DNA from: Octopus bimaculoides
Lineage: Eukaryota
Length of the DNA stretch: 64,000 bases
NCBI RefSeq assembly: GCF_001194135.2
Contig: NC_068987.1
Coordinates: 102,793,696-102,857,695, forward strand
Reading direction: 5' to 3'
Shown here: positions 40,669 to 55,145 of the stretch, in pieces
Layout of the letters: each line of letters opens with the position of its first letter
Numbering within the stretch: the stretch's first letter is position 1
Notes under the pieces: generated by a model
What the model was told of the DNA's origin: nothing
The model's database searches: none
Seen by the model: only the letters and a program-made list of their open reading frames with translations
Position numbers and translations under genes: made by a program

Positions 40669-40672
<4 letters not shown>

Positions 40673-40819
40673 AATAAAGATGGAGCTTGCAGTACACATT
40701 GACCCAAAGTTCAGTAGGTTTGGTGGGCTTTGAATAATCTAAATGAAGCTATTCACCAATGGAAATGGCAGACTACTAGAAATTCTATGTTCCAGACGTT
40801 GCAAAGTGTATTCTTGATA

Positions 40820-41336
40820 TTGTTGTTGTTGTTCGTAATGGTGTTGTTGTTGTTGCTGGTGTTGCTGGTGGTGGTGGTGGTGGTGGTGGTGGTGATGATA
40901 ATGATCCTTGTTAGAAAGGTGGTCATAGCAAATGTTGTCCTCGTCACTATGTCGTTATTTGTTGTTGCTGTTGTTGTTGAGGTGGTATTGTTGTAGTTGT
41001 TGTATTTTGTTTTTTTGGTTGGGTTTAGGGAATTTCTTATGTATTATTCTTTTTATTTTGCTTCTTTACTGATGTTGTTTGTTTGTTTGTTTGTTTGTTT
41101 TTTTTTAAGGTTTTTTTTTCACTCATTTCTTCTTGAACGGAAAGAATTGCCCTTCCCCAACCCGCAATTATTGATACCATTCATTCATTCCCTGATTCAT
41201 TTATCCAGTTATTTATTTATTTATTTATTTATCTATTTATTCTTTCATTCTGTCATTTAGTAATTCTGGGTGCAGGTGAAAGTAAAGGTGAAGATGAATA
41301 AAGCGAGAGAAAAACAGAAATGAAGTTATGCAGGGC

Positions 41337-41379
<43 letters not shown>

Positions 41380-41524
41380 GCAGCAACAACACCAGCAACA
41401 ACAACCAGAGCAATAACAGTAACAACAATAATGAAGAAAATTGATATAAATGAGAAGGAAAAAAATCATCGGAAAAAAAAAAGATCAAAGGTGCTGGAGA
41501 CGGCGCTGTTTGCAACTGTGATGT

Positions 41525-41573
<49 letters not shown>

Positions 41574-41773
41574 GATGATGATGATGATGATGACGATGAT
41601 GGCGAGGACGATGATGATATCGAGGTGAAGGAGGAGGAAGACAATGAGTAGGAGGGCATGGTGGTGATGTATAGATATGTTTCAATTGATGGTTCTGACG
41701 ATGGTCGAATGCGGGAAGATTCGGATAGAAATGGAATATGACAATGTTGTTGATGATGATGATGGTGATGGTC

Positions 41774-41824
<51 letters not shown>

Positions 41825-42630
41825 TTGATGATGATGATGATGATGATGGCAGTGTGGTGGGGGCGTGACTACGATCATGTTGATGATGATGATGATGACG
41901 TCGATGGTGATAAGAACGTTGATGACGTTGACATTCATGATGATGAAGATGACGAGACGATGATGATGATGATGATGATGATGATAATGAGAAGGGGGAG
42001 GATGGCACCGACAACGTCTTCGACGATGTTGTTGAGGATGATGAGCACGTGGATAATTGCTGTCACTGTGTAGTAATAGTTGTGACGATGGCTCTACTGA
42101 AAGTAGATGCAGATGACTGTTGAAGACGATGATGGCTCTTATGATCAGGTTACGATGATGATGATGATGGCGACCACAACAACGACGGCTGATGATGCTG
42201 CTACTGCTGTCCCTGCTGCTGTCGTTGATGCAGCAGCTTTTGAGGTTGCTGGTGGTGCTGCTGCTGCTGTGGTTGCTGTTGTTACTGCTACTGCTGCTGT
42301 TGTTGCTGCTGTTACTGCTGCTGCTGCTGCTGCTGGTGTTAATAAAGATGCTGATGATGGTGATTGCGAAGATGACGTTTGTGATGATAAAACTGGCGAC
42401 GGCGGTGGTGATGGTGGTGGTGATGGTGGTGGTGGTAGTAGTGGTGGTAGTGGTGATGGTGGTCAAGGCTATGATGATAAAGCTGATGATGATGAAGGCG
42501 ATACACATGATGCTAGTAATGAGAATGACATGGATGACAATGATAATAAAGTTATGAATTAGGGAATTTTGATGGTTACAATGATGATGTTTATGACAAT
42601 GATATCATGATGACGATGATAACGAAGATG
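40820..42630. repeat. Long mosaic of trinucleotide tracts (GTT/GGT, CAA, GAT, GCT)
   Basis: Direct reading; explains the 423-aa and other homopolymeric ORFs. Confidence 0.92.
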
Positions 42631-43006
42631 ATATTATTGTTGCTTTTCGGTCTCCATGTTAATTCTGAATGGACGGCTATATTCGCTAATACATTCCACC
42701 CATCACATCACCTTAACATACCATTTTCAGTCGTCGTGTGCATAGGATCACGTTAGGTGATACGGCTTACGGTTTTTAGGTCAATGGTGTTGGATAAATA
42801 CATATATATATATTTATATGATTTGTCATCTTCTTAATTATAGTTATATATGTATGTTATCTATTTATTTTTGATACGTATATACATAAATTACACACAT
42901 ATATACATAAATGAGATAAGTATACAAACATATATTGCATACACATATAACCATACATACATAAATATATATATATATGCATGTATACACACACACACAC
43001 ACACAC

Positions 43007-43088
<82 letters not shown>

Positions 43089-43777
43089 ATGTATATATAA
43101 ATTATATATATATATATAGATAGATAGATAGCTAGATCGATAGATATAAATTATATATATATATAACCATTATATATATATATATAAATGACTCAATAGG
43201 TTTATGTGATTGTAACTGGTTTTTCATTAAATATACTGATGCATAACATAGATGTCAATTTGAAAATCGATTAATATTTCTTATAGTATCTAGAATATTT
43301 TAGATGGCATGTTCTATCTTTAAATTTGCATTTGTTCATTTAAATGACCCCCCCCCCCTTTTTGATTCAATACTTACATAAAGTATTTAATTTAATCTGC
43401 GAATTGTCCATAAAGAATTTAATTTAATCTATGAATTGTGCATTTATAATGATTCCTTACGAAAAATGTGTATGAAATACCTATGTAACATCCTTCAATT
43501 TATTTCTGCTGTACAACCTGAATGAAGTTATGGGTTCTCTTGTCAGCAAGATACGTAGTGTTCTCCCACTATTACTCGAGAAATTATACAGAGCATTTTT
43601 CGCAAAGGTCTAATCAAAGGATAAGTTGCCTAAAACTTGGATTAGCATGGTTTGGCGGATACAAATTCTATGATGATTAATGTGCTTGCCTTGTGAACAT
43701 CAAGGGAACCAAAGGAGGTTATCGAAGCAAACATATACTTACCTGGAATAAGATATTCTACCATTCTGACCTCTAGT

Positions 43778-43915
43778 GGAGGCGCGTGGATTAGTGGTTA
43801 GGGTGTTTGACTCGTGATCTTTAAATTGTGGTTTCGATACTTGGATCGTGTGACGCGTTGTATTCTTGAGCAAAACATTTCATTTCAGGTTGCTCTGGCA
43901 AAAATGAGTAATCCT
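43778..43915 (+). mobile_element. SINE family C
   Basis: GGAGGCGCGTGGATTAGTGGTTAGGGTG A box, GGTTTCGATAC B box, CTTGAGCAAAACATTTCATTTC body. Confidence 0.85.
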
Positions 43916-45379
43916 ACGACATGACTCATGAAGGTAATTTTACCTTTACCTATCTTAAAGTCTATGGCTCACACGAAGGTTTCCGTTGAAAATAAGTTGT
44001 TCTCTCCTCTTCTACGAAAAACAATGAAGTGTTTGAAATTATCTGAAGGGAATTCTGAAGTAAATGTGCGTACCACAATATGAGCCTAATGATCAACAAC
44101 TACAAGCATAGTATGCAACGTGTCCTTTCACACAACGGCAATTCCGTTGGTCACTAGAGTTAGCAAAGATATTTTATCAATTTCATCAATTGGTGACTTA
44201 TGAAGACAGAAATATGAATTATTTCTGAGGTCTCATTTAATATGAGCGATATTTTATATTTGAGATAGCTGAGTCAATGGATAAAAAGTGAACCACCGTT
44301 GAAAATAAATAATGCCATCAACCAACCATTTCTTGAGAGGTAGTTAAATAATCATCCTTCTACCATTATATATCGGAGTAGTTCTCCTGAAGTAATTTGT
44401 ATATGCTTTGAAGGAATTGTGTCCCCTTTGGCTACTTATATTCAGTAGTATATCCAGTGGCTTGAGCACAGAAGATCTTAAAGCAGAATGCTTTTGATAA
44501 GCACGGAAATAAAGTTTATAAAATATTTTGTTAGATTCGTGAAATTATTTACCTTCACGTTGGAGACATTCGAGCAAGAACTACTAGAACTTTTTCCTTC
44601 AGCATACAGAGAAATTTTCAATTAATTGAAGACTTGTTTGTATATTTTAAGAGGTGTCATATTTTGCAAAGCAATAAAATGGCTGGTGTAGCTGCCAGTC
44701 CAGATACGAATGCTGCTACTAATCCAGTTTGAGAATGTGAAGGCAATGGTTTTTGTAAGGGGTTTCACTCCAGTCAGGCGTACAATTTTGGTGAAACTAG
44801 GCTTTTCTGAAGACAAATACAGTGCTAGGTGTTACATTTACAATAAAGTTTACTCATTTTATTCAATGTCTCAAGATATACTATGATTTAAAGGATATTT
44901 CTGATCTGAGAGCGAATAAATCCATAAGAACACAGCGCCTTCCTTCCAGCCGGCGCATCAACGAATCATAGCCTACTTCAAGGCATTTTGATAACGAAAA
45001 TTGAACCAACTCATAAAAGCAATTTATAGGGAATAAAAACCTAAACTTCGATACTAATGGGCAAAGTGTCACCGCTGTGAAATCAGTTGATTACATAACC
45101 AGGGAATAAGAGAAGTTAGATAATCAGCTTTGAAATGTATTTAGGAAACATGTAGACTGATGATATCCGGGATTTTAATCTTCTTCTAGTAGTTAATTCT
45201 ACGTCAAGTTTTGCAAGATATTTCGAACCTGGAAAATGATGTAGAGCTTGAAGAAGTCGCAAAAGCAGATGAATTGCTACGATACCCTAGATAAAATTTG
45301 CCTCATGAGGAACCCACAAGCTCGAAAGGAAGAAGGGCATATATACGATCCAGAAACTCCACTTAAGCTGATGCAAACC

Positions 45380-46330
45380 ATGAACGTACCAAACGATCAA
45401 CGATATTAATTCATATTGAACAGATTTTACATTGAGCTTTACAGAAAGACAATCAGCATGGCTTTCATGAAATTAATCTATTAAAAAACTTGCTCTTTTA
45501 TGCCACAGAGCAACAGTCTCTCACTTTACAGAAGCTAGGTGAAAAACAATGTTATTGCCATAAACCTCAATAAAAAATTTGACTGTGTCTGGCATGCAAA
45601 TCTCCTCACAACACATGCCATCCAGTGGATCCATTCATCTATCTTCTCCTGGATTCCTAACTCCTCGCAAAATCGCGTATTTGTGTGTGTTGACAAACTT
45701 CTTCCTTCTTCATTCTCAAAAGAATTTCGTGTGCTACAGAATTAGATTTTCTTCCCCACACCACTCTCTTCTTTCTATATATCAATGGCATACTTGCAAT
45801 TACATCCACTACCGCGTACGATTATGCAGATAATACAAGACCTTATAACTCACAAGCACACCTAAAACTTACATTATCCATATGCAACCAGCTTTGATTC
45901 CATGAACAGAGAATTTGAAACATTTTCCAGTGTGTCCATATCAATTGTGTTTCATTTGGCAGAAACAAAATTAGTAGTAATAAACACATGAACAGAAATT
46001 CAGCCCAATCCCCTAAACATGAACCACACTCAGCTAGAGACAAATACTGGGCTCGATTATCTTCGAAGATCAATCACTTCGAGTGAAAGCCTCTGTGTTA
46101 CTATTATGTGAGGACCGCATCTGAAAGACTGACTCTTCTATTCAGACCCACAAAATATATTAGTTACCATAATTTTCTGACATTCTACAAGGCTCAAGTG
46201 AGACTGACAGCGTAGTAGTGTTCACTCAGAAGGGACTTCTAGGCTGATCAGCATTCAATCGTTAGCGGACACACTGCAGCTTCTGGTATTAATTTCAACG
46301 TCTTTGAAAGAACTACAAGGTACGTGTTGA
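45380..46330 (+). mobile_element. CR1-like LINE reverse transcriptase pseudogene
   Basis: NQHGFH, IAINLNKKFDCVWHANLL, SIFSWIPN, RVLQN*IFFPT, YADNT, and LLFRPTKYISYHNFLTFYKAQVR, in CR1 RT order. Confidence 0.85.
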
Positions 46331-47386
46331 CGGTCCTTTCCTCCTGATTAGAAGTAAAAGAAATAATCTTGAGCATATAAAACGTTGGATATTTTCTTAC
46401 GCGTATGCATTATTTCTTGCAAGGTTATACTCATATATACACATACACATGCACATACGTATAATTACAAGACAATAAAGAACTCATAAGTATACGGAGT
46501 GCAATTGATTGCATAATTATTATCTTCGAGATAAAGTAAAATCGAGTGCTATGTTTTACACAACCTAATCTAATAAATAAGACAAACAATATTTAATGAA
46601 ATCATTATTACAATGAAGCAAGTTGGAATGTTATGTATTAATCATCTTTAACTATTGAGCGAAATCAAAACCATCATCGAAATAATGAAAAACAAAATGA
46701 AACGATATTAAGATCAATAAATTTATGCATGAAAATTGAAATAAGAATATTTATAAATCGCAGAAATTCCAAGGGTCTCGCTAGTTCTTATAATTATTAT
46801 ATTATCAATCCGTTAGTGTTGTATTTTACTGATATTTTTCATATAACACATTTTGGTATTGATGTTACCGTCATTAATGATATTGTCTTTTCTACTGTTT
46901 GTTAATTACAATATTCAGTGTTTATATATTTTATTGTTCGTTGTCTTCAGTGTTGTCGAAGTTATTTGATGTTCTTGTCGCGCTTAATGTTTACACTCTG
47001 ACTGTTGTTGCCATTCTTTTTGTTATTAATCTGCAATATTTCGATAATATTACCAACTATTTATTTATATATTTTTTTTCTTTATTCATCACTACCCTTC
47101 CTACACAATTTTTTTCAAAATTTCTCTTTCTACCAGTTTCACACAAAACATTTCCCCCTTCACTTTATGCTTTTATCTCTCACCTTACTTTACGACTTGG
47201 AAACCCCGCTCTTTGACTTTCCCTCAACCCCACTCGCTCTTTCCTCATCTATGAATCAATCCTTTCTTATTTCTCTTTAGAGAGAGGTGGAAGGATTGAG
47301 AGATAGAATGAGCGAGAGGGGGAAATAGGAACAAAAGCTACGATAAAGAGAAATGATTGACAGACAAAGCGGTAATTGCATATTTA

Positions 47387-47434
<48 letters not shown>

Positions 47435-47736
47435 GTGCACAAATGTTTATATACTTGTATATACACTTATACATATTTATATATATAATAAATACATGTA
47501 TATATATGCATATACGCATATTTATGTATATGTAAGTACACATACACATATACATATATGTATGTTTAGACGGGGCGAGCTTGTTTGTGTTTTGTATTCT
47601 ATTTTCCATCATTAAATCTCTACTCCTGTTTACTTGCTGCATTTGTTAACACCGATCCTTCTTTTAAATATCATCTTTGCGACATTTTCTTTCTTTGTTT
47701 CCCACTTAAGCTCTCGGTCTCCCCCCCCACCTCTCA

Positions 47737-47772
<36 letters not shown>

Positions 47773-47795
47773 TTTTCTCTCCCTANNNNNNNNNN

Positions 47796-47836
<41 letters not shown>

Positions 47837-48314
47837 TTTTCTCTCCCTACTCAGTCTCTTTATAAGACCCACCTCGATACCCGGCTCTACCCTCTATTTC
47901 ATTGATTCTCCCTCCCTCCCTCTTTCTTTCCCTCTTTCTCATTCGCTTTTGTACTCTCATTTGAAGCTGATTAAAGAATTCAAACATACGAATGTTTTAA
48001 GATGCAAGCCTTTAATTTAAAACGTGTAGAGTAAGTGAGGAAAAGGGAAGGTTTCAAAAATTTCAGGAACAAAAATTAGGGTTTAGCACTAGTGAGTGTT
48101 GTGGGTGATGGTGAGGAGTACAGGAGTCTTAAAAGCCCGATGAAGGCAGCGAGGAATGTAAAAGCATTGATTGGTAGTGGTGATCTTAGTGTATTTAGCA
48201 TCACGCACTCCTTTAGACACACGCCGTAATCTGAGCTACAATTGGTTGTCATCAATACATAATATTGCGTAATTAGTGGAAAATCAATAATACATGAATA
48301 GGACAGATTAATCA

Positions 48315-48365
<51 letters not shown>

Positions 48366-48784
48366 NNNNNNNNNNNNNNNNNNNNNNNNNNNNNNNNNNN
48401 NNNNNNNNNNNNNNNNNNNNNNNNNNNNNNNNNNNNNNNNNNNNNNNNNNNNNNNNNNNNNNNNNNNNNNNNNNNNNNNNNNNNNNNNNNNNNNNNNNNN
48501 NNNNNNNNNNNNNNNNNNNNNNNNNNNNNNNNNNNNNNNNNNNNNNNNNNNNNNNNNNNNNNNNNNNNNNNNNNNNNNNNNNNNNNNNNNNNNNNNNNNN
48601 NNNNNNNNNNNNNNNNNNNNNNNNNNNNNNNNNNNNNNNNNNNNNNNNNNNNNNNNNNNNNNNNNNNNNNNNNNNNNNNNNNNNNNNNNNNNNNNNNNNN
48701 NNNNNNNNNNNNNNNNNNNNNNNNNNNNNNNNNNNNNNNNNNNNNNNNNNNNNNNNNNNNNNNNNNNNNNNNNNNNNNNNNNNN

Positions 48785-48830
<46 letters not shown>

Positions 48831-48859
48831 TAGCACACATACACACACACACACATATA

Positions 48860-48896
<37 letters not shown>

Positions 48897-49759
48897 GAAT
48901 TTTATGTTTACATACACACAGCTGTATGTGTGTGCACACACAAACTCACACGGATACGCCTGTTCGTATGCCTGCTTTGGTGTTTTAGGAAGAATATGGG
49001 CTGAAGTATCGTTAATTTATTATTGGTGGTAATGAGATTAACTCCACGGAACGCGTGTTTTTCTGGGCGAGTGTGCGCGTATATATGAGCGTATGTGTAT
49101 GTTTAGTCGTTCTATAATTGGAGGAAACGAGTAAAAGGGGTGGCAGAATCAATATTAATATCGTGAGGTTTCTCTGAAGGATTATGTTGTTATCGGCGTT
49201 ATTTTTCATGAAGATGGTGGTCCTAGTAGTTGTAAATATAATAACCCTTAAATGTGTATGAAGTAGTTGTAGGAGTGGTTACAGTTGGGGTTCCAAACTG
49301 CAAAAGTTTCCCTTCAACAAAGCAAAACGCAGCAGAGTGTTGGAAGGGGTGAAAAGAAGGAGGAACGGGTAGGGGTAGAAGAAATAAAGAGAAACAGTGA
49401 TATAGCAGGAAAGTAAGCGGGAGTAAGAGAAAAATACTGACTGTTCTATTGTTTAGGTTGTAACTATGAATTTTCGTGCATACGTGCTGGTGTATATGTG
49501 CGTATATACTTGTCCGGGTAGGTTTTGTTAAGGTTTATGACATATTTTTGCGTTTGTTTATGCTATAGGACGTGTGAATATGTGTATGGGTACTAGTTTA
49601 TTTAGGTATAGGTGTGTGTGCGTGTGTGTATGTGTGTTTGTGTATCTGCGTGTGTTGAGTGTGTGTGCGTGTGTATGTGAGCACGTATTTGCGTTTATGT
49701 GGGAGTTTATTGGTGCATACAAGTAGATACACAGATATATGTATGTATACAGACACAGG

Positions 49760-50114
<355 letters not shown>

Positions 50115-50603
50115 TGAAAGGATGTAGGGATACAGTGTAGGAGAGATGTTTGCATGGATAGAAGTTGATTCAAACAATACAATTACAGAATGGATTCTAA
50201 GATATTTATGCAGTAAACAGATTAGAAAGTGAGGAGGTGTGGAAATACAGAGAAGGAAACTCAGAAAGGATGATGACAGAATATTTACGATGAATCAGAG
50301 AGATGAGAGACAAATGAAAGGCATAAGTAAAGGACAGAGATGAAAGTCAGATATCTCGATTACAAGAAGTGAGATAATGATAGATATAATATATGTTTGT
50401 ATATATGTTTGTATACGTGTATGCACACACACAGACACACGGACACACAGACACACAAACACACACATATACACACACCTTTAGAAAGATAGGTGGACAT
50501 AATAGACGTACATAAATACGCAGATGCATAAATATGTGTGTGTATGTATAATATACAGATACACATACATATATATATAGATATATATGTGCGTGTGTGT
50601 GTG

Positions 50604-50645
<42 letters not shown>

Positions 50646-50845
50646 NNNNNNNNNNNNNNNNNNNNNNNNNNNNNNNNNNNNNNNNNNNNNNNNNNNNNNN
50701 NNNNNNNNNNNNNNNNNNNNNNNNNNNNNNNNNNNNNNNNNNNNNNNNNNNNNNNNNNNNNNNNNNNNNNNNNNNNNNNNNNNNNNNNNNNNNNNNNNNN
50801 NNNNNNNNNNNNNNNNNNNNNNNNNNNNNNNNNNNNNNNNNNNNN

Positions 50846-50888
<43 letters not shown>

Positions 50889-52369
50889 TATTTACATATG
50901 CATAAATAAATATATATATGCATATATATATATATTTACATATGCATAAATACATATATATATACATACATATAACTCTTGTGTGTGTGTGTGTGTGTGT
51001 GTGTGTATAAGTAGGTAGAGAGCTAGAGATAACGGAAGAAAAGTAAAAGAAGTTAGAAATACTTAAAGAAAATACAGAGATTGAAATAATAAGATGAGGA
51101 GAGGTGAACGAATTGCAGCAATATGGAGGGGAGAAAGCCAAATGAGAAACTAACGAAATAAACAAATAAGAAATAAAAAAAAACGAAGACTTGTGGAGAG
51201 AGAGAGAGGAAACGAAGCTGTGTGTCTGTGTGTGTGTGTGTGTGTGTATGTGAGTGTGAGTGTGTATGTGTGTGTGTCTGAGAGAGAAGGAGAGAGAAGT
51301 AAAAATTATGTGTGCGTGAGTATATGTGAAAGGAATGGAGAAAAGAAAAGAGAAAGAATGAGTAAATGATTATAAAGATGTCAAGGATTTCCAAGAGTTT
51401 TATATTTTTTTTTTCTCTTCGAGAAGATTGTTGTAATCCTGAAAGATTCCTCAAATTCCTTTTGTTAGCTGCACAAATGGCAGACATGATGTGAAGAATG
51501 CACTGAATGTACTTCGCGACCTTTATCAATGCGCTTGCATCATAGAACAAAGCTAAATGCTTGTAAAATCGTTGCAACATGAACATAAACAAAATCATTT
51601 ACAAAGCTAACCGCACACGTACCTACACAGTCATATTTGTTATGGGAACGCAAATATTTAAACAAATTTAAACGCTTACAATCACTCAGTTTCATACGCA
51701 CACACACACACATACACACACAGACAAACTGATACACACACATTCGCACTCTCACATGCTTTCAAACACAAATATATATGCATGTGTGAATATGTTTGTT
51801 TATGCATGTATATTCGTATGTACGTTTAAACTCGCTTAAATGTTTCCGTTTTCGTGCTAATTTATATTTAGTGAAGCGCGTGTACGTGCATACGAGAGGT
51901 TTTTCACATGTAAAATCATGCACACGTGCACATACGCAAGTACACCCATATACATACACGCATATATATGTGTGTGTGTAACGTGCATATGTATGTTTAC
52001 ACCGACACATGTAAGCATCTTTGCACACACATAGATATTTGTATGTGTACATCAGAAATATATGTACTTTGAATTAAAACATTTATCCATCTTCCTAATG
52101 CATTTCTTACGGTAAGTTAGGGACAGTTAATGCTACGAAATCCATCAACGCTTCCTGACCTTTAAGCCTTTCTTTTCTGTTTGAAGTAATTAATTTTGAC
52201 ATATGAATATGTAGTAAATTGGCGCAATGCTATTGGTTATTTGTTAATAGAGAACTTATCACCGGGTTATATATTTCTGCCCAATGGCCGTTGCATTTAT
52301 TTTGTAAATAGTGTACGCTAAATAAGCGTTGTTATTAGTATCGCATCCATTGAGTATCTTTGAAAGGAG

Positions 52370-52485
52370 AATCGCAAGAGCTTCGCGAACAGCTTGCAGT
52401 ATTTGTTCCGGCTTTTTACATTATGAGTTCAAATAACGCCGAGGTCAATTTGGCCTTTGATCTCTTCGCAGTCGTTAAATTACCG
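52370..52485 (+). mobile_element. SINE family A, diverged
   Basis: GAGTTCAAATAACGCCGAGGTCAATTTGGCCTTTGATC. Confidence 0.7.
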
Positions 52486-52764
52486 GTCAAGTGCCGAGTT
52501 CGATGTTCTCCAGAAACACCACTTCTCTTAAATATTGCAAGCTTTCTACCTAAAATCAAAGCTGCGTAGGCTTCTGCGGATATCTGCAAATACATATGAT
52601 GTTTAATAATATTTCTCAATAAGATATATGTTCTATGAATTTTTGCCCTTCAGCTTCTCTTTCTAAATTCTAAACTTCTATTAAAAATACTTACAACGGA
52701 TTGAAATTTACTCTAAAATACTTCCAAATTTTGGCGAGACACCTTGGATATGGAAGGAAGGGGA

Positions 52765-52918
52765 AGTCTATTTCATCGACCCCATTGTTTAAATAGTACT
52801 TATTGTATCCACTCCGAAAAGATAAATGGCAAAGCCAACCTCGGCGGCATTTGAATTCAGAATGGAAGGAGCCGGAATAAATACTGTCAAGCAATGATTC
52901 TGACAGCTCACCACCTTA
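52765..52918 (-). mobile_element. SINE family A, diverged
   Basis: ACTCCGAAAAGATAAATGGCAAAGCCAACCTCGGCGGCATTTGAATTC. Confidence 0.7.
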
Positions 52919-53052
52919 ATCCTACGTTCTAAGCGTGGAGTGTTGTCACAAAATATGCATGTAACATAAAATTTTCCACATGGAATACTAATTCCTTGAC
53001 TTCTTTTATTTGCAACTCTCTTGAAGAGTAAAGTACACCATTTCCTTCTCTT

Positions 53053-53084
<32 letters not shown>

Positions 53085-53294
53085 TGAAAACGTAAAAATA
53101 AAAACAAAATACAAAGGATTCTGCAGTACTATATATATATATATATACCGTTAGTACCAGACATTAATTAAAAATTCCATGGTAGTTTCCCTAAATATGT
53201 TGCTGTTAGTAGTCATTTATCAGTAAAGGTAATTTTAAATATATATTTCTTATTGCGCATACTGACATTTTCATATGTAATATGATCTTACCGT

Positions 53295-53674
53295 GGAGGC
53301 GCAATGTCTTAGTGGTGAGGGCAGCTGACTCGCGGTCGTAGGATTGGGGTTTCGATTCCCAGACCGAATGTTGTGAGTATTTAATGAACGAAAACACCTA
53401 AACCTCCGCGAGGCTCCGGCAAGGGCTGGTGGCGAACCCTGCTGTACTCTTTCACCACAACTTTCTCTCATTCTTTCTTCCTGTTTCTGTGGTACCTGCA
53501 TTTCAAAGGGCTAGCCTTTTCACACTGTGCTTCACGCTGAATATCCCCGAGAACTACGCCAAGGGTACACGTGTCTGAGGACTACTCAGCCACTTGCACG
53601 TTAATTTCACGAGCAGGCTTTTCCGTTGATCGGATCAACTGGAACCCTCGACGTCGTTACCGAGGGAGTGCTAC
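53295..53674 (+). mobile_element. Long tRNA-derived SINE, family D (about 380 bp)
   Basis: A box TGTCTTAGTGG, B box GGTTTCGATTCC; body shared with 14277-14592. Confidence 0.92.
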
Positions 53675-54455
53675 ATCATGATGTTACCTAAAACATAGCA
53701 ATCTTCAATAAAATACTCACATGCACACAAATATATATGTGTACTTGCGTGTGAGTATCTGCGTATAAAAGCGATGCCTTTTGTTTCGAGAATTCTATAT
53801 TCCTGTGTTGTGTTGAGTCTAGGTCAAACAGAAGCATCTTTAAATGATGGATCAGAAAATTGATGGAATTTGTCGTACTTTTATTGTAGCCTTTTACATA
53901 GATAATGTTGTATGTTAACGAGATAAATCCAAATAAAAGTTGAAATTTTCAGGGGAAACACAAAGAAAGATCATAATCATTTGGAGACAAATATTTACAA
54001 TGTATTTAATTCCGGGGTTTACTAGCAAGATATGGTGAAGATATGTTTATTATTATTTTGGGAGGTGGGGCTTGATTTGAAAACATTTAGGCTTAGAACA
54101 GTCAACCTTAGAAGTTACCGTCCAAACGGGTGTGCCAAACTCCGGTCACAGCCTTCTTTGTGTAGAAGATTTTGTTTCACGGTTCACAAAAGGATGTCTC
54201 TAGATAAATTAAATTATCAAACAACTTAACGGAGATTCGGAGTGATGTGTTTACTGTTATTAGATTTCTATGAAGAAATTTTAAACTTGCTACATTGTGA
54301 AGATTGGGATTGATTGGACAATATATATATATATATATAAAAGATAATAAGAGTGAAAAAAACTACAGAAGGCTTGTGTTACATGGTTAAAGTATATATT
54401 TAAATTATGTCAGAAAAATGTTATAAAAATTTTTTTGGTATATAAACATTGTATT

Positions 54456-54498
54456 TGGAGAAATAACCGGTTTCGTGTTGTCTTTTCAAATTTCTCTA
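54456..54498 (-). ncRNA. Minimal type-I hammerhead ribozyme with U3:A8 core, in a Penelope 3' region
   Basis: GAGAAAT-TTGAAAA-G(ACAACA)C-GAAA-CCGG-TT-ATTTCTC: perfect 7-bp stem I, palindromic stem III ACCGGT. Confidence 0.7.
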
Positions 54499-54690
54499 CT
54501 TCATTGTAACATGTGTTCGCTCCCGTCTGAAAAGAAGAGTTCTAGATAGGGGGAGGTAATTAGGGATTTCTTCCGGTATAAGGGAGATAATCGAAATGGA
54601 GGTGGTAGATTTTGATTAATTTACCATGGTTTTGTTCTATATTTTTTTCCCTCTCAGTGGGGTGATGAATTTTTTTTATTTAAATGTGTT

Positions 54691-55145
54691 AGCAATGGTT
54701 AAGTTTGGGTTTGTATTTTTGAATGAAGAAGGTTTCCTTATTCAGTCTAATTTGTGTTGGTCATCTAATGGCACATTTATAGAATGGAAAGATTATAAAT
54801 TGTGGTAGCATTTGTTTTGCGCATTTCTCAATATGCTCACTAAAAGGTATCATTCGGTATTCTAGGCATGCAATCTGCTGTCGATGCAGAGTGCATCTAC
54901 GTCTGAGCGATAATCCTGTGGACCCTATGTAGTTTTCGTGGCAGCCTGAGCATCTTATTACATAAATAAGGTTTCCTGAGGCACAAGTAAATTCAGATTT
55001 AAGTTTGAATTTTTGTCTCTCTTTGAAGAGGAATTCTGAACCTTCTAGAATGTTTGGGCATATTGCGCAATTTGGTCGACCACATTTTTTTACTGTTGCA
55101 TCTGTTATTTTGGAAGAAAATTTGGGCTTTGTATTGTAGAAAACA
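54691..55145 (-). mobile_element. Penelope-like element, Zn-knuckle plus GIY-YIG endonuclease coding end (one premature stop)
   Basis: KKCGRPNCAIC...FTCASGNLIYVIRCSGCHENYIGSTGLSLRRRCTLHRQQI...FPFYKCAIR*PTQIRLNKETFFIQKYKPKLNHC*. Confidence 0.92.

Noticed and set aside
43735-43746. Exact match to the U1 snRNA 5' end (ATACTTACCTGG)
   Set aside because: Similarity stops after 12 nt; better read as a minus-strand splice donor
44530-44820. Open frames of about 65 aa on both strands
   Set aside because: No recognisable motif or splice signals
48076-48310. Non-repetitive tail of the 287-aa minus-strand ORF
   Set aside because: No homology recognised; the rest of the ORF is gap and microsatellite
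54050-54290. Possible N-terminus of a tandem Penelope ORF after the hammerhead (and 55452-55640)
   Set aside because: Similarity too faint to support without an alignment
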